Source: Eledone cirrhosa
Taxonomy: Eukaryota
Assembly: GCA_964016885.1 (NCBI GenBank)
Contig: OZ024747.1
Location: 23,188,001-23,252,000 of the forward strand
DNA: 64,000 nucleotides
Reading direction: 5' to 3'
The notes under the pieces are model-generated. The model searched no databases. It worked only from the letters and a program-made list of their open reading frames with translations, and was not told where the DNA came from. Position 1 is the stretch's first letter, and the number at the start of each line of letters is the position of its first letter. Positions 40,372-54,149 of the stretch are shown here, piece by piece. Made by a program: the position numbers and the translations under genes.

Positions 40372-41480
40372 CAGTACCTCAGCTATGTAGACAGTACCTC
40401 AGCTATGTAGACAGTAGCTCAGCTATGTAGACAGTAGTTCAGCTATGTAGACAGTAGCTCAGCTATGTAGACAGTCCCTCAGCTAAGTAGTACCTCAGTT
40501 ACGTAGACAGTAGTTCAGCTATGTAGACAGTAGCTCAGCTAAGTAGACAGTACCTCAGCTATGTAGACAGTAGCTCAGCTATGTAGACAGTACCTCAGCT
40601 ATGTAGACAGTACCTCAGCTATGTAGACAGTAGCTCAGCTATGTAGACAGTAGCTCAGCTATGTAGACAGTAGCTCAGCTATGTAGACAGTAGCTCAGCT
40701 ATGTAGACAGTAGTTCAGCTATGTAGACAGTAGCTCAGCTATGTAGACAGTAGCTCAGCTATGTAGACAGTAGTTCAGCTATGTAGACAGTAGCTCAGCT
40801 ATGTAGACAGTCCCTCAGCTAAGTAGTACCTCAGTTACGTAGACAGTAGCTCAGCTATGTAGACAGTAGCTCAGCTATATAGACAGTCCCTCAGCTAAGT
40901 AGAAGTAGCTCAGCTATGTAGACAGTAGCTCAGTTACGTAGACAGTAGCTCAGCTATGTAGACAGTCCCTCAGCTAAGTAGACAGTAGCTCAGCTATGTA
41001 GATAGTACCTCAGCTAAGTAGACAGTAGCTCAGCTATGTAGACAGTAGCTCAGCTATTTAGACAGTACCTCAGCTATGTAGACAGTAGCTCAGTTATGTA
41101 GACAGTACCTCAGCTATGTAGACAGTAGCTCAGCTATATAGACAGTCCCTCAGCTAAGTAGACAGTAGCTCAGCTATGTAGACAGTAGCTCAGCTATGTA
41201 GACAGTACCTCAGCTATTTAGACAGTAGCTCAGTTATGTAGACAGTAGTTCAGCTATGTAGACAGTACCTCAGCTATTTAGACAGTCCCTCAGCTAAGTA
41301 GACAGTACCTCAGCTATGTAGACAGTCCCTCAGCTATGTAGACTACCTGAGCTATTTAGACAGTCCCTCAGCTATGTAGACAGTCCCTCAGCTATGTAGA
41401 CAGTACCTCAGCTATGTAGACAGTACCTCAGCTATCTAGATAACACCTAAGCTGTGTAGACAACACCTTAACTATCTAGA
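40372..41480. repeat. 20-bp minisatellite (~55 units, CAGTAGCTCAGCTATGTAGA)
   Basis: The 20-bp period is directly visible in column alignment. Confidence 0.97.
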
Positions 41481-43686
41481 TGACTCATCTTTTTTATTTC
41501 ACTTGAAAATATTATAAGCCCAGTTGTTTATTATATTGCCCCCCACAAAAAAAAACACATACTCACAAAAAAAAAAAACAGCCAAACACATTTCATTGTA
41601 TATAGTTAGATATTGGATAGTGGGAAACCAACATTTTTAAAATTTCAATCTCAGTTTATAAAGAGGATGATACTTCAAGCAGAGCGTAAGCTATATCCAA
41701 TATATTTCAATATACAATGCATTCACTATGGTTGTTACTTACTCAAGCAAAAGCGACTATGAAGAAATGTGATATTTTATAGTTGTTGTTAATCTATGTT
41801 CTGTATTGTATGTTTTTATAGCTTTACAAATTGGTGGCCATTATTATGAATCCCAAATATATTCAATACAGATTCATAATGGTTGAATAGGCACGATATC
41901 ACTCTCTTACTTCATGGTATGTGCTTTTGTATTTGGTCAAATAAGGGCAGTGGATTGGTAGTACCAGTAAAGTATCTGACAAAATGTTTTCTAATATTTA
42001 GTTACGCCTTTCTATGTTCTCAGTTCAAGTCCTGCCAAGATCAACTTTGCTTTTCATCCTTCAATAATTCCAGGGTCAATAATTACCCCCCTGAAATTGC
42101 TGGCCTTGTGCCTAAATTAAAAAATCATTATAAAGGGTGGTGGGCTGGTAGAATTGGTAGAGTATCGGACATAATACTTCATAGCATTCAGTTATGGCTT
42201 TCTATGTTTTGAGTTCAAGTCACACCAAGGTCAACTTTGCTTTTCATTCTTCTGAGGTCGATTAAATAAAGTACCAGTTAAATACTGAGGAGGATATAAT
42301 TGATTTTCCTCTTATCCTTAATTGCTCGCCTTGTACCAATTTTAGAAAGAATTATTATGAAACCCAAATATAGTCAATAGAGATTCATAATAGTCAAGTA
42401 GGTATCATATCACTCACTCACTTCATGGTATGTGCTTTTGTACCATGTCTCTGTGTAAGGTAATAAATTCCTTGCTTTTACTTGCTAGCTTTGTTATAAG
42501 AAACACTTCTTTATAGGAAATTATACAAGCTTAAATTATCCAGGAATGAGGTTTTCATTTCTCCCAAACAAAGCATATAATGTTTGTAAAGTTCTATTAA
42601 CTTTGAAAATTTATTCATATTAATATGTCTACCCCTAACTTTGTGTGGCTTTGTGGTAGGGGGTGTTCCACTCATGATCATAAGGTTGTGACCAGGTAGC
42701 ACATTGTGTCCTTGAGAAAGATGCTTTACCTCATATTCATTCGGTTGGCACAAATGAATTGTACCTGTAAATTCAAGAAGCTAACCTTGTCACAGATTGT
42801 GTCACACTGAATCTTCCTGAGAACTATGCTAAGGATGCATGTATCTGCGTAATACTTAAACATTCACATGTTAATTTCAAAAGCAGGCAGTTCTGTTGAT
42901 TGAATCAACTGGAGAACTTGTCATGGAAATGAAGGAGGTCCTACACACACAACATCGTCTGACACACTAACATAAACATTAACACATATACTTACTGTTA
43001 TCTACAATATAACCTTATTTTTTGTATTTACCCAGTCTAGTCTAAAGTCTGTCTTAAGCCAGAAGGCTGCTCATTTGGCCAGTGCTTATCCCGGTTTCAT
43101 GGCATGAAGCGACTGAGAGTACAAGACTCCCCCTCCTCTCTGGACAGGACGCCAGTCCATTGCACGGTTAAACTTGGGCAATGTGAAATGAAGTGTTTTG
43201 CTCAAGAACACAACACGCAACCCTGAAATTGAACCCACAGCATTATGATCGTAAGTCCAACATCCTTACCACTAGGCCAGGAAAGCATCCAGCCATAGAA
43301 AACCTGCTAAACAATGGGTTAGGAGGGCTCTTCAGCTGTGTCAAAAACATGATAACCTCCCTAATGTTGGTGTCACAATAAAATGCCCTCAGTAGTGCAC
43401 CGGGTAGTATGTAAGCCACAGCCCACCAGCCTGTCTAAGCACTTGGTAACGTGTAGGAATATAAGCAAGATGCAAGGTCCTGGCCCACCATGAAGCCAGT
43501 GCCTCTGTTTTGGGTAGCAGATGTTTTGAGTAAACGACGATGATGATGATGATCTGCTATCCATTGCACTGCTCATCAGATAGATATTGCCTCACAAAAT
43601 CCTCAATTCAACTATTTCTCAACACACACACACACACCACACCACACCACACCACACCACACCACACCACACCACACCACACCACA

Positions 43687-43726
<40 letters not shown>

Positions 43727-44456
43727 CATGTATGTATATGCCATACTAGCTCATTCATGTATTTATACATTTAACAAAGGGCTATGAGTATAAATCAATG
43801 CAAATTAACAGTTGTTCCACCCACTATATTAGGATTTTATTAACACTTCTCTCTATTCTACTGATCTGCAAGAAGCCGGCTTAATGTTGATATAATCTGC
43901 TCTAGGGTTCAAATAGAGTTAACCCTGAATTAAATTGTATCAGCTGTCAGGTAGTTTAAATCATATGTTGTTACACTTAGTACTTTTTCTCATTAACACT
44001 GTTTATTTTAGATGTTTACAAAACTAGCATTTCATCTTTCTTTCTTTCTTCTTCTTTTCCTTTTCTTCTTTTCCTTCTTCTTTTCCTTCTTCTTCTTTTC
44101 CTTTTTTCTTTTCCTTTTTCCTTTTTTCTTTTCCTTTTTTCTTTTCCTTTTTCTTCTTCTCCCTCCTCCCCATCCACCACAATATTATCCCTATATTTGC
44201 AAGGTGCCATTCTCTTTGAGCCATAAGTTAAAAAATAATTAATAAATGTAAACACCTTTGTATCTTTCCTGCACACTGCATGCATGTATAAGCTGAGTTC
44301 TCTTGTGCTACATGTTAAATAAACATATATTCAGAACAGTCACACATACACGTGTGTTTATGTTGAGCCATTACTAACTGTTATGTAGTTGCATGTGGTT
44401 ATGTGAGAAATATTTTACACTATGTCTATATGTATATATACATACACACATATGTA

Positions 44457-44545
<89 letters not shown>

Positions 44546-44849
44546 TTCTCTCTCCAAATACACACACATTTGTGTGTTTGTGTAAAAAAAAAATAGAATC
44601 CAAGAAAAATAGTAGTGGGGAAAAGGATTATTCCATGCCAAAATATGACCCCCACTTCATTCTTAGAAGTTTTCCTATTCCAGGATAGGGAACATCAATA
44701 TAACCCAGACTCATCCCCATGATACACTTGGGAAATTAGGAGCTGTTTACATTTAATTTAGTCATTTAACATCTTGGCTGCTTTGGTTTCCTTGGTTCTT
44801 AATCTCTCTGCTTTACTTTGAGTAATTCCATGGCGATTTCTAAATTATT

Positions 44850-46300
44850 GTAACTACATGCCACTAGTTTTATGGTAAATTCCTCCAATATCTTGTGTTA
44901 TGAAGTGGTAACATAAGTCAGTGAAGATAACAGTTTTTGAGCCATTGTGTATTTTAAGAATGATTGAATTCTGTCCTAGTTTGAGAAGCTTTTTTTTTTG
45001 TTTGCAACTGAAGCTGCAGGGGTGATCAGAAAAAGTTGAAATAGTCTAACAGTTTGAGACATAGCAGACAAGAAACCGAGGAATAACGTTAAAATAGCAT
45101 TGTTTGTTTTATACCTGTTAATACCATTGTTGTTGTTCATTTACTTAAACAAATTTACTAAAGATTTGTAATCAAAGATATTTGGATATTTCTGCTGCAA
45201 AGTGTTTATATGTTGCATAGTTTACACAGTTCTGGGTTTATAGCAGCACCTTGTGCCACACAGTGATGGAATGTTGATATTAAAATCTCTACAAACACTT
45301 TTCTGCTTTGTACTCAAAAATGTAAATTTACTAAAGCTGCATACATGAAAAATAAAGAAAAAAAAAGAAAGAAAAAATAACTCCATTAACTTTCTCAGCA
45401 CTTCAACTCAAAACTAAGTTAGATTTATGTGCATAACAATGAATGAAATCTCTATACTTAAACCCTTTCTCCTTCAATTTTGTTTGTACTCCATTTTGTT
45501 CACCTGCCAACACTACTGCTTCATCATATGTTTGGTTAAACAATTTAATTTTAGCATCATGAAAGGAGTTTAAAACATTTTCTATCACATCAGCTAACCA
45601 TGTTGCACTTTTATCATTACTTACATTATAAAATCCTAAAAATCTCTCATTTATTTTGCATCTAGTTACATACCTGATGATAATAGAAAGCTGGGCATGC
45701 ATTGCATAGTCAGTAGTTTTGTCTGCTTACACTTTCAACTTCAGTTCAAGTTACATCAGCTATTACATCATCAATTACAAATATAATATCATTTTGTATT
45801 GCACTTGAAATTCCTGAAAAATGATCCTTTTTAGGTAGAAGGTTTTGATGCAAAGCAATACAATAACTCACAATAATTATCTTTGTTGAGGGTTATCTTT
45901 TCCTTCATCATGTTCAGACAATGGCAGTTCTTATTTGCAAAGATATAATAGAGTATTTATTGTTTGTTATCTAATTTGTTATGCTGTTCTTTTTCAAACC
46001 TTGCAGATTCACTAATGACAGTTATTATGTCACACACACCAAACGTTCCTTAAGTATTTGTAATTATTTAAATGACTCATAGATTTAGAACAATGTTTGC
46101 AGCCAGTCAAAATATGTTTAAAATTGTTATAACCTCCATCAGTTCAAAATTAACCTGGTTTGGACTGAAAAATCAATCATGATGAAGAGTATAGTTTTTC
46201 TTCTGATGTACTTATGCACAACCAACCAATCTGTTCAAACTATCTGATTTGAAATAAATGCATGGCCTCTTTAGTTTTCAGTAGAAGAGTATGGCAGCTT
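44850..46300 (-). mobile_element. decayed hAT-superfamily transposase (ZMYM1/DUF4371-like)
   Basis: QLSIIIRYV...ERFLGF...QTYD.A.V..G..NGVQ...FIHCYAH..NLVL motifs in ORF 45403-45702; flanks frameshifted, boundaries approximate. Confidence 0.8.
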
Positions 46301-46495
46301 GGTTTGATAATAGCCTAGCATTCTCACATGGTTACTGAGGTAGCTGTGACATGATCACAGCTTAAAACACCCATAATAAGATCCATGTATATTGTGTATG
46401 CCTTTATATACACCTCTTATTAATATATGTATATGTTTCTTGCTTTTCAGCAATAGTCCTCTGTCCATCATTGTATTTTTCTCCATTGTCGTTAA

Positions 46496-46556
<61 letters not shown>

Positions 46557-49500
46557 TATATGTATACATACATATATATATCAAAAGTGTTAAAATGCAA
46601 CTACAAAACCAAACAATACATAAAAAAAGCTATTAGCACCACCAGCATCACCATTATTGTCACTGCCTTCACTACTAACACCACCATTCAGACTAGCGTA
46701 TCCTACACCACCACTACCACTGCCACTACTATCATCAAAATCAGCGCAGTTGCCAACAGCCCTAATACCATTACCAACAGCAAAACTAATCCTACCATCC
46801 CATAAACTTGCCAAAGAAAGGATCAAGAGGACTCTTCGGTTGTGTGAAACATATGACAACCTCCCTAGTGCTGGTGCCACAATAAAACACCCAGTGCACT
46901 CTGTAGTGTGCCAGAATGTATGTAAACAAGATGTGACCCCCTGGCTCATTCTGATTTAGTATTGACTTCACCTGTGACAACCTATCCAACCCTTGTTAGT
47001 GGGGAGAATGGATGTTAAATGATGATGATTATAATAATGTTGATGATGATGATGATCTGTGTATATATATATATATATACATGTATAGGTAGATATAACT
47101 GCCATTTTCTCCCTAAATAAAAACATAAACTGTTGTTTGTCTGTTTAATAATGAATTGTTTCTACTTCTGGCTCAAGGCCAGCAATTACCCCAGTATATT
47201 ACTGATACTTTATTTTATCGACCCCATAAGGATGGAAGGCAAAGTTAATCTCGGTGGGATTGGAACTCAGAACGTAAAGGGCCATAACTCCAGGCTGCAA
47301 AGCATAGTGTCTGATACTTTACCGATAGTGCCAATCCACCGCCTGTCTGTTTAATAATTAATATAAGATTGAACATCAGTATGTAACAGTTCATCCATTT
47401 AACCAAATACTCTTGCTAAACAAATGTTCGAGAGGACCCTTCAGTCATATCAAGGACATGACAGCTGCTCTAGTGTTGATGATCTCCATGATAAACTCAC
47501 CCAGTACTTGCTGTAAAGTGGTTGGTGATAGGAAGGGCATCTAGCTGTAGAAAGCTTGCCAAACAAAGGGTTGGAAGGACCTTCAGTTGTATCAAAGACA
47601 TGACAACTTCCCCTGAGCACTCAGTAGAACATGTAACTGTACATAAGTGAATGTGAATGTGAGAACATGAGACTATACACTTACTGACTTAGTCTATGTA
47701 GACCCATCCAACCCTTGCTAGCAGGAAAAGTAGACATTTAAGTGGTGATGATGATGATGATGATGACATGTTCTTTCTGCCAATCTTCAAGTTCTTCCAA
47801 ACACCAACAAGAGTGTGATCCATACCTTTTCCTACATTTAGGAAAACTGTTTCAACTGCAGCAGTCCTGACAAAGAACACAGCCTTCAACTCAATGAGAA
47901 AATCAAACGTCCCCAACCAACGGGATAACATTTACCCAGCACCACAACCCATGCAATAACATCATTGAAACTATGAAGGATGCATTAGTATATCTCACAA
48001 CTTACCATGCTTTTTTTTGGTCTTTTGTTAAAAGGATCTCTACCATCTTTATGGAATCCCCCTTTCCTTCACTTTTTAACCATGAGAAGGAAGCTCTCTA
48101 TGTGATCAGTAATCCCTCCTTGAGTGCAACCTTTTAATTCAACAGTACCAGTTGTATACACCCCCATTCAATGCCACTATTATTGATTTCATGTTACAGA
48201 TACTCACTTTCTTTCTCTTTCCGTCTGCCACCCTACACTTTTTATTAACACTTTAACATCCTGTAATGATTTAACAAAAACTATTTAAAAACAGGTTTGT
48301 CAATTCAAATGTTAATAGTATCTTTACTAGGGGATAGATTGTGAACATTTGCAGTATTAGAGTAAAGACTTTAATATAGTGCTGTTTTATACATTGTGAG
48401 AATATCTTGCTAATGTGGTTTCAATCAGTACAGGATGTCAAAAGTTAAGCATTGTTTGCCATTTCTCTTCCAAAGTATCAGTCTTACAGAATTCTTATGA
48501 ATTTCTATATTAGTCAAACTTCACATTAATGATCTCGGTTTTTACTAAAATTGAAGTTTCAGTTCCCCTTTTCTCACAAAATCAACAATTCAATGAAATA
48601 AGCCAAAACATATCCTTCCTCAACACCTTTAATGATATTCATACACTCTATCATGCTAGCACATTTTGTTGTTTGATTTCTATAGTGTAACACCAGTTGA
48701 AACAAATGTTAACCCTTTCGGTACTATATTTCTCATGAAATATATTGCTTATGTGTTTCAATTGATTTTGAAAATAACCAAACATTTGGAGGAATTTAAT
48801 AAAATAACTTAGTTTTTCATTAGTAAGCTGGTATTTAGAACATTAGTTAAGAAAAATGTTAAAAATAAGATTAAGATAAAAGGATTTAATATAAGTATAA
48901 ATATTTTAAAATTGTGCCAATGTTAGAAAGAATTATCAAAATAGTATTGTAACAATTTACAAAAGGTTCTTATGTCATATTAGGTTGGAAGATTTTAGTT
49001 TTTATTAAATTTTATTTTTTTGTATGGTCCTGTAACTACTGATGGAATGTAGGGGTGCTGTAGTAGTATATAGTGTTTCTTGGGCATTTTAAATCTGATG
49101 GAAACTATCCCTCTCAGATTTCTTCCAGAGAAGGATAGAAAGTAAGAGAGAGATACAGAGGAAGAATCGACCCCTTAACTAGACTGGTGCCTTTTTATCG
49201 ACCTCGAGAGGATGAAAGGCAAAGTTGACCTTGGTGGGATTTGAACTCAGAGAGCAGATAGTCAAAATGAATACCACAAAGTATTTTATCCAACGTTCTA
49301 ACGACTTTGCCAATTCACTGCCTCATTTAAATAGGAGCCCTTTAAAATGGGTGGTTTTGTTTGATAGAGCCAGAAGTTGTTCTGGGCTGGTTGTTATCAA
49401 AAGGGTTAAATGCAGTGGTCAAAGGTGGAGATATAAAGGCAATTCCTTTTAGGGATTAATTAAACCAAACAGTGGATTTAGTTAATTATATAGAAGCAAT

Positions 49501-49788
49501 TTTAGTAGATAATTAGTTGGATTTATCATTTGTTACAAACTACTGACTTACAAACAGATTAATCCCAATAAATTCAAATGAACTCACAAAATGGTTTTTA
49601 GTGTATACTGGAGAAAGAGAGAGAGAGAGATTAAATAATGGTTACTACTGGAAAGCTTAAAAACAAATCCTTTATTGTTTGCTTTCTTTTTCATCCACCA
49701 ATGGCATTTTTCTTTTCTTTTTGTTAATTTATTTGGTTTGTATAATTGTAAGAAAAAGGATTGGAAAATATAGGTGAAGGAATAGATA

Positions 49789-49984
49789 TGAGATTTGGCT
49801 GAAAAGTTCATATGCTGACCAAGATACTCTCATGGAATGATCAAATGAGGTTCATTTTCAACATAGTTCCTGGAAAAAAACAATGCAGTTATTAAGAAAA
49901 AGAGCTGAAATTGATGCATGCAAGTCTTCACAGCTCAGCATCAATACTTCATAGTCAGCTTATGAACTTTTCAGCCGATCCTCA
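49789..49984. mobile_element. Tc1/mariner-type MITE with ~30-bp TIRs (partial relative at ~34443-34530)
   Basis: TGAGATTTGGCTGAAAAGTTCATATGCTGAC ... GTCAGCTTATGAACTTTTCAGCCGATCCTCA. Confidence 0.75.
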
Positions 49985-50457
49985 AAGTTGTATTTAAGAA
50001 GATTGCTTTGGAATCACATGACTTGGGGTTTGATCCCAATGTGTGGCACTGTAACTCTTAACATCCTGTAATGATTTAGCAGAAAATATCTGAAAACAGT
50101 TTTGTTAATTCAAATGTTTAGAATATCTTTACTAGTGCACATATTGTTATATTAAAATAGGCAGAATTAGACTAAAGACTTTAATTTTTAGTGTGTGAAG
50201 CAGTCATAGCATTGTTTTATATTTTTTTATATTTCCTTGCAAGACATGAAAATTTAAGCAAGTGATATTGGGTTGATGAAAACCCATCATATATATAATA
50301 GTTGAGACAGTAAATAAAAAACAAAAAAACAACGTTGAAGCGAAGAGGCAGTACAAAATGTTAATATTAGTTTCACGCTCGCTTGAGAGTATATATATAT
50401 GCCAGCATGAAAATACAGCACTATATATATATATATATGCCCAGCATGAAAATCGCC

Positions 50458-50500
<43 letters not shown>

Positions 50501-51420
50501 CGATGAAATGCCTTGCAGTATTTGTACTTACTCTTTACATTCTGAGTTCAAACCCTTTTGAGGTCAACTTTGCCTTTTATCATTTTAGACTTGATAAAAT
50601 AAGTACCAGTCTAATATTGGGGAGTTAATATAATCAACCAGCTCCTCCAAAATCTAAGTCTTTGTGCCTATATAAGGACTTAATGAATGGTAGTGAGGAA
50701 GGGCAACTTTGGTAGAAGGTATTAAACTTAATAATATATTGAACTTTTGGAGTTTGCTAGACTACTTTGTGATCAACAATCTCATCCTACCATATATATC
50801 TCAGTTCATATAACAAAACTACTGGTCCAACTTAGAAGTCAAGATCCTTAAAATCTTGATTCTAATAATGATACATGTACAACAGGTTTCCTCTGGTAAC
50901 AATACAAATTGTTCAACTACCTGTTATTCCTTATCTTTACCACTTTTGATCAGAAAAAGTTTTTCATTTACAAAATCAAAATAGTATTTTTCTCACATAG
51001 ATAAATTTTTGTGTTAAACTATAGGATTCTCAACTAAGTTATTCCAGTTTCAAGTTCAGGTAATTTTTCTTATTGGTTGTTTTAGGCATGTTCAATATTT
51101 TGATCTGCTTCATTATGTTTTTAATATAATGATGATAATAAATTTTCTCTTATAGTCAGATGTTCATATGATTTCAAGTACTATATTCATTATGATTAGG
51201 TATATTTTCTAGTTTATCACTGACAGAACGACTTTCACCTTTTATTTAATATCATTTCAATTGCAATTGGGGCATGAAAGTTCATCTTATCACACCTCCC
51301 CCTCCATGCTTCCGTGACACACTCTAAAAATTAAACCTAAAGACTAAAGCAAAACATGACAAAATATATCCAATAATTTGCAAAATAAATTTTGGAAATA
51401 TTTTTTTATCTTCTTCCTAG

Positions 51421-51561
51421 TTACATCAAAGTTTAAGACACGGCATCGGACACGTTCAACTGAATATCTCTCTCAGCTTCATGGGATATCTTGTAAAAAA
51501 GATGGTATGGAATGTAGTATCATGGATAACGGCCACTGGAAAACGCCTCCATTTTGGACTT
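51421..51561 (+). CDS. SULF1: SULF-like exon B (diverged duplicate of exon A): TSKFKTRHRTRSTEYLSQLHGISCKKDGMECSIMDNGHWKTPPFWT
   Basis: Polypyrimidine tract and cctag acceptor, T|gtaagc donor at the same codon position as exon A, 141 nt, phase 1-1, no stops, conserved C-x5-C and DN.HWKTPP.WT. Confidence 0.85.
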
Positions 51562-53927
51562 GTAAGCGATTGTATTTAATGCTTCTGTTTATTTTTCTAT
51601 TTTAGAGAATGCCTGACCTATTTTGAATCCCTATTTCCCCTGTAGTTTTCACTAGAGATATTTCTATACAATACCCTTCCTAAACATTATTAATTTTCAG
51701 TTGAAAGTTTTTTTTTTATTTATTTTTGCTTGCATTTTTTTAATTTAAAGAAAATAATCATTTCAATAATATCATTTGATACTGGCATTGTTTAGTAATT
51801 TAAGATATCAAATGTTTATAGTATACATTTTATTCATATGGCTAAAATACTTGGTGTGCTGCTGTGATGACTTAAACCTATCAACAGTTGGTCATATAAT
51901 TCTATTTCTTAATAAATTGCAAACACACATTTGATAAAGCCACCTAAAAGGACATTTTCATTCAGATATAAATAATAACCAGTAAATATTTATCTTGATA
52001 TATAATGTTTATAATATTTTTTTCCAATTTGTGTTTTGCCTTTTATTTTTATGTCTTGCCTTCCTTGAGTGAATTTTTGCATCCTTTATAATTTTATTCA
52101 CATTAGATTATATTTTCATCCCTGTTTTCAGTGAAATTAAACTATCTATTATTTGCTTTTGATGTTTGTAAATTTCAGATTAACCCTTCTCCCATGTGAG
52201 ATGGACGTTTTCACAGTTAATTTCCTCTCACATAGATATTAATCAAATCTTAATTTATTCTACTCCAGACATTTTCTTTTAACATTTGAGTTTAATTTTT
52301 TGTTGTTGTTGTTGTTGCTGTTGTTGCTTTTATATGGTATTGCATTTAAAAAGATTTTCTTGATTAGGGATTTTTGTGCTTTTGTGTTTTACTTTGTACT
52401 TTTCTGAACTAGTAATTCAATACAAGTTTTCCAGTGGTCTTTTAACACTACAAGGTATACATTGAAGGATAGAGAATTTTAGTCCTGCCGTTTAAAATCT
52501 AGACATTTAATGTATTTTGGAGTGGTCTTTGTCTTTTGATGTCAAAAGATGTTTCAAATATAACAAATATAATCATTTAAAGATTTTAAATTTTTTTTTA
52601 ATGTGGTTTTTATTAAATGAACTCTGTTTAATGCTCCTTCTATATATTTATATATATCTATATTTAGTTATTATTACAGGATATGCTGGTTAAGCTATTG
52701 CTTTGTTGGTTATTGGAAATGAAGAGGTATTTGTCAAAAATATACAATGAGACTAATAACTGATACCATTAAACATTAATATGGACTATTTAAAAATATG
52801 TGGATGTTATTTATATGTCTAGATTTTACTTAAGAACTCATGCTATAGAAATCTGTATCAGCTTACTCAGGTCATATGTTACAAAATATCTGCATATTTT
52901 TTTCAAAAAGAGGGTCATAAACTGAAAACCTAATTATTTTATTGGATTATAATTATTTATGTGGATCCAACTGTATATTTGAAGTATCAATGTATATAGA
53001 TCAGTTAGCCCAGTGCAATCAAAATGAATGCAAGGTTTTCACTATTTATCATTTTACCCGAAGCTAGCCATGTTTGAAATAAGAAAAAAGAATTAGCAGC
53101 TGATAAAAATGAAATATGTCTGTTAATTTACTAATTGCCATTAAATTTGTTTATTTTAATTTGTTTAATTCAAAGTGTATTGGGTCTTTGAATTATTCAG
53201 AGTATTGGATCAATGTCAAACATCCAGTCATTCATAAAATTTTAAGACAGGATAGTAATAGAATAATATTGGAAAAAAACAAATTTCAACAAATTTCATA
53301 CTTGACGACCCAATATACTATTTAGTGTTGGACCCCTAATAATGTGTGGCCCATCACATGTGTTAGCTACTCTTAATACTTGATTAATCCAGCAATGATG
53401 TAACTATAACTATTTTTGTGGGGACTATTTGGCCAGCATAGCTATAAGGCTGAAGTGCTGACCAACTGTTAAGCTTATAGTAAAAAACATAATTCTTTTT
53501 ACCTCAGTTTACCTAACTGATATCAGGTACTTATCTGATTAAAGTATGTGAATATTCAAACAAAAAAAAAATTAAATTAAATTAAAAAAAGTCATGTTAA
53601 TATAGAAAAAATACAAAATACTTGTAAGTCCATAAAAATAATAATGATAATTTTATGACTGTAAACTTTCTACTGTGGAAAACTAGAATTCAGTTACAAC
53701 TAAAAGAAAAAGAGCCATATATCTAAAAATAAAAGTATCTTAGTGGGTAACGCTTTCATCTTTTTGACTTGATCTATCATCAATAGTAATTGATATTCTA
53801 TAGGTCTAAAATCAATAAATATGAATCTACTAAAAATTCTTTGATTTTTATCATAGAAACTATCATCATGCTAAGTTATATCAACTAGACTGTCTTTATA
53901 TGTGTATGTATGTATGTATATATATAC

Positions 53928-54149
53928 ACTAATAATAATAATAAAAAGGACAAAGTGTTAAATCTTCATTACAGTTATTGAGGTGTTATGTGCGTTTCAC
54001 GATTGATCAGCTCAAGGCTCGATCTGTATCAATCTGGCCTGACTCGGAATCAAAGGCTCAAGCCTTGAGCTGATCAATCGCGAAACACATGTCACACCTC
54101 AATAAACATAATAAAGATCTAACACTTTGTCCTTTTTATTATTATTAGT
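53928..54149. repeat. fold-back element (~90-bp arms) in TA-rich context
   Basis: 53928-54019 is the reverse complement of 54061-54149 with several mismatches. Confidence 0.8.

Noticed and set aside
40372-41480. CRISPR-like array with palindromic repeat
   Set aside because: Head-to-tail 20-mers without spacers; no cas genes
44012-44285. K/E/R-rich and F-rich ORFs
   Set aside because: Translation of a CT-rich low-complexity tract
46590-46959. Thr-rich and Gly/Ser-rich ORFs
   Set aside because: Degenerate (ACC/ACT)n tract adjoining a decayed repeat; no convincing splice signals or homology
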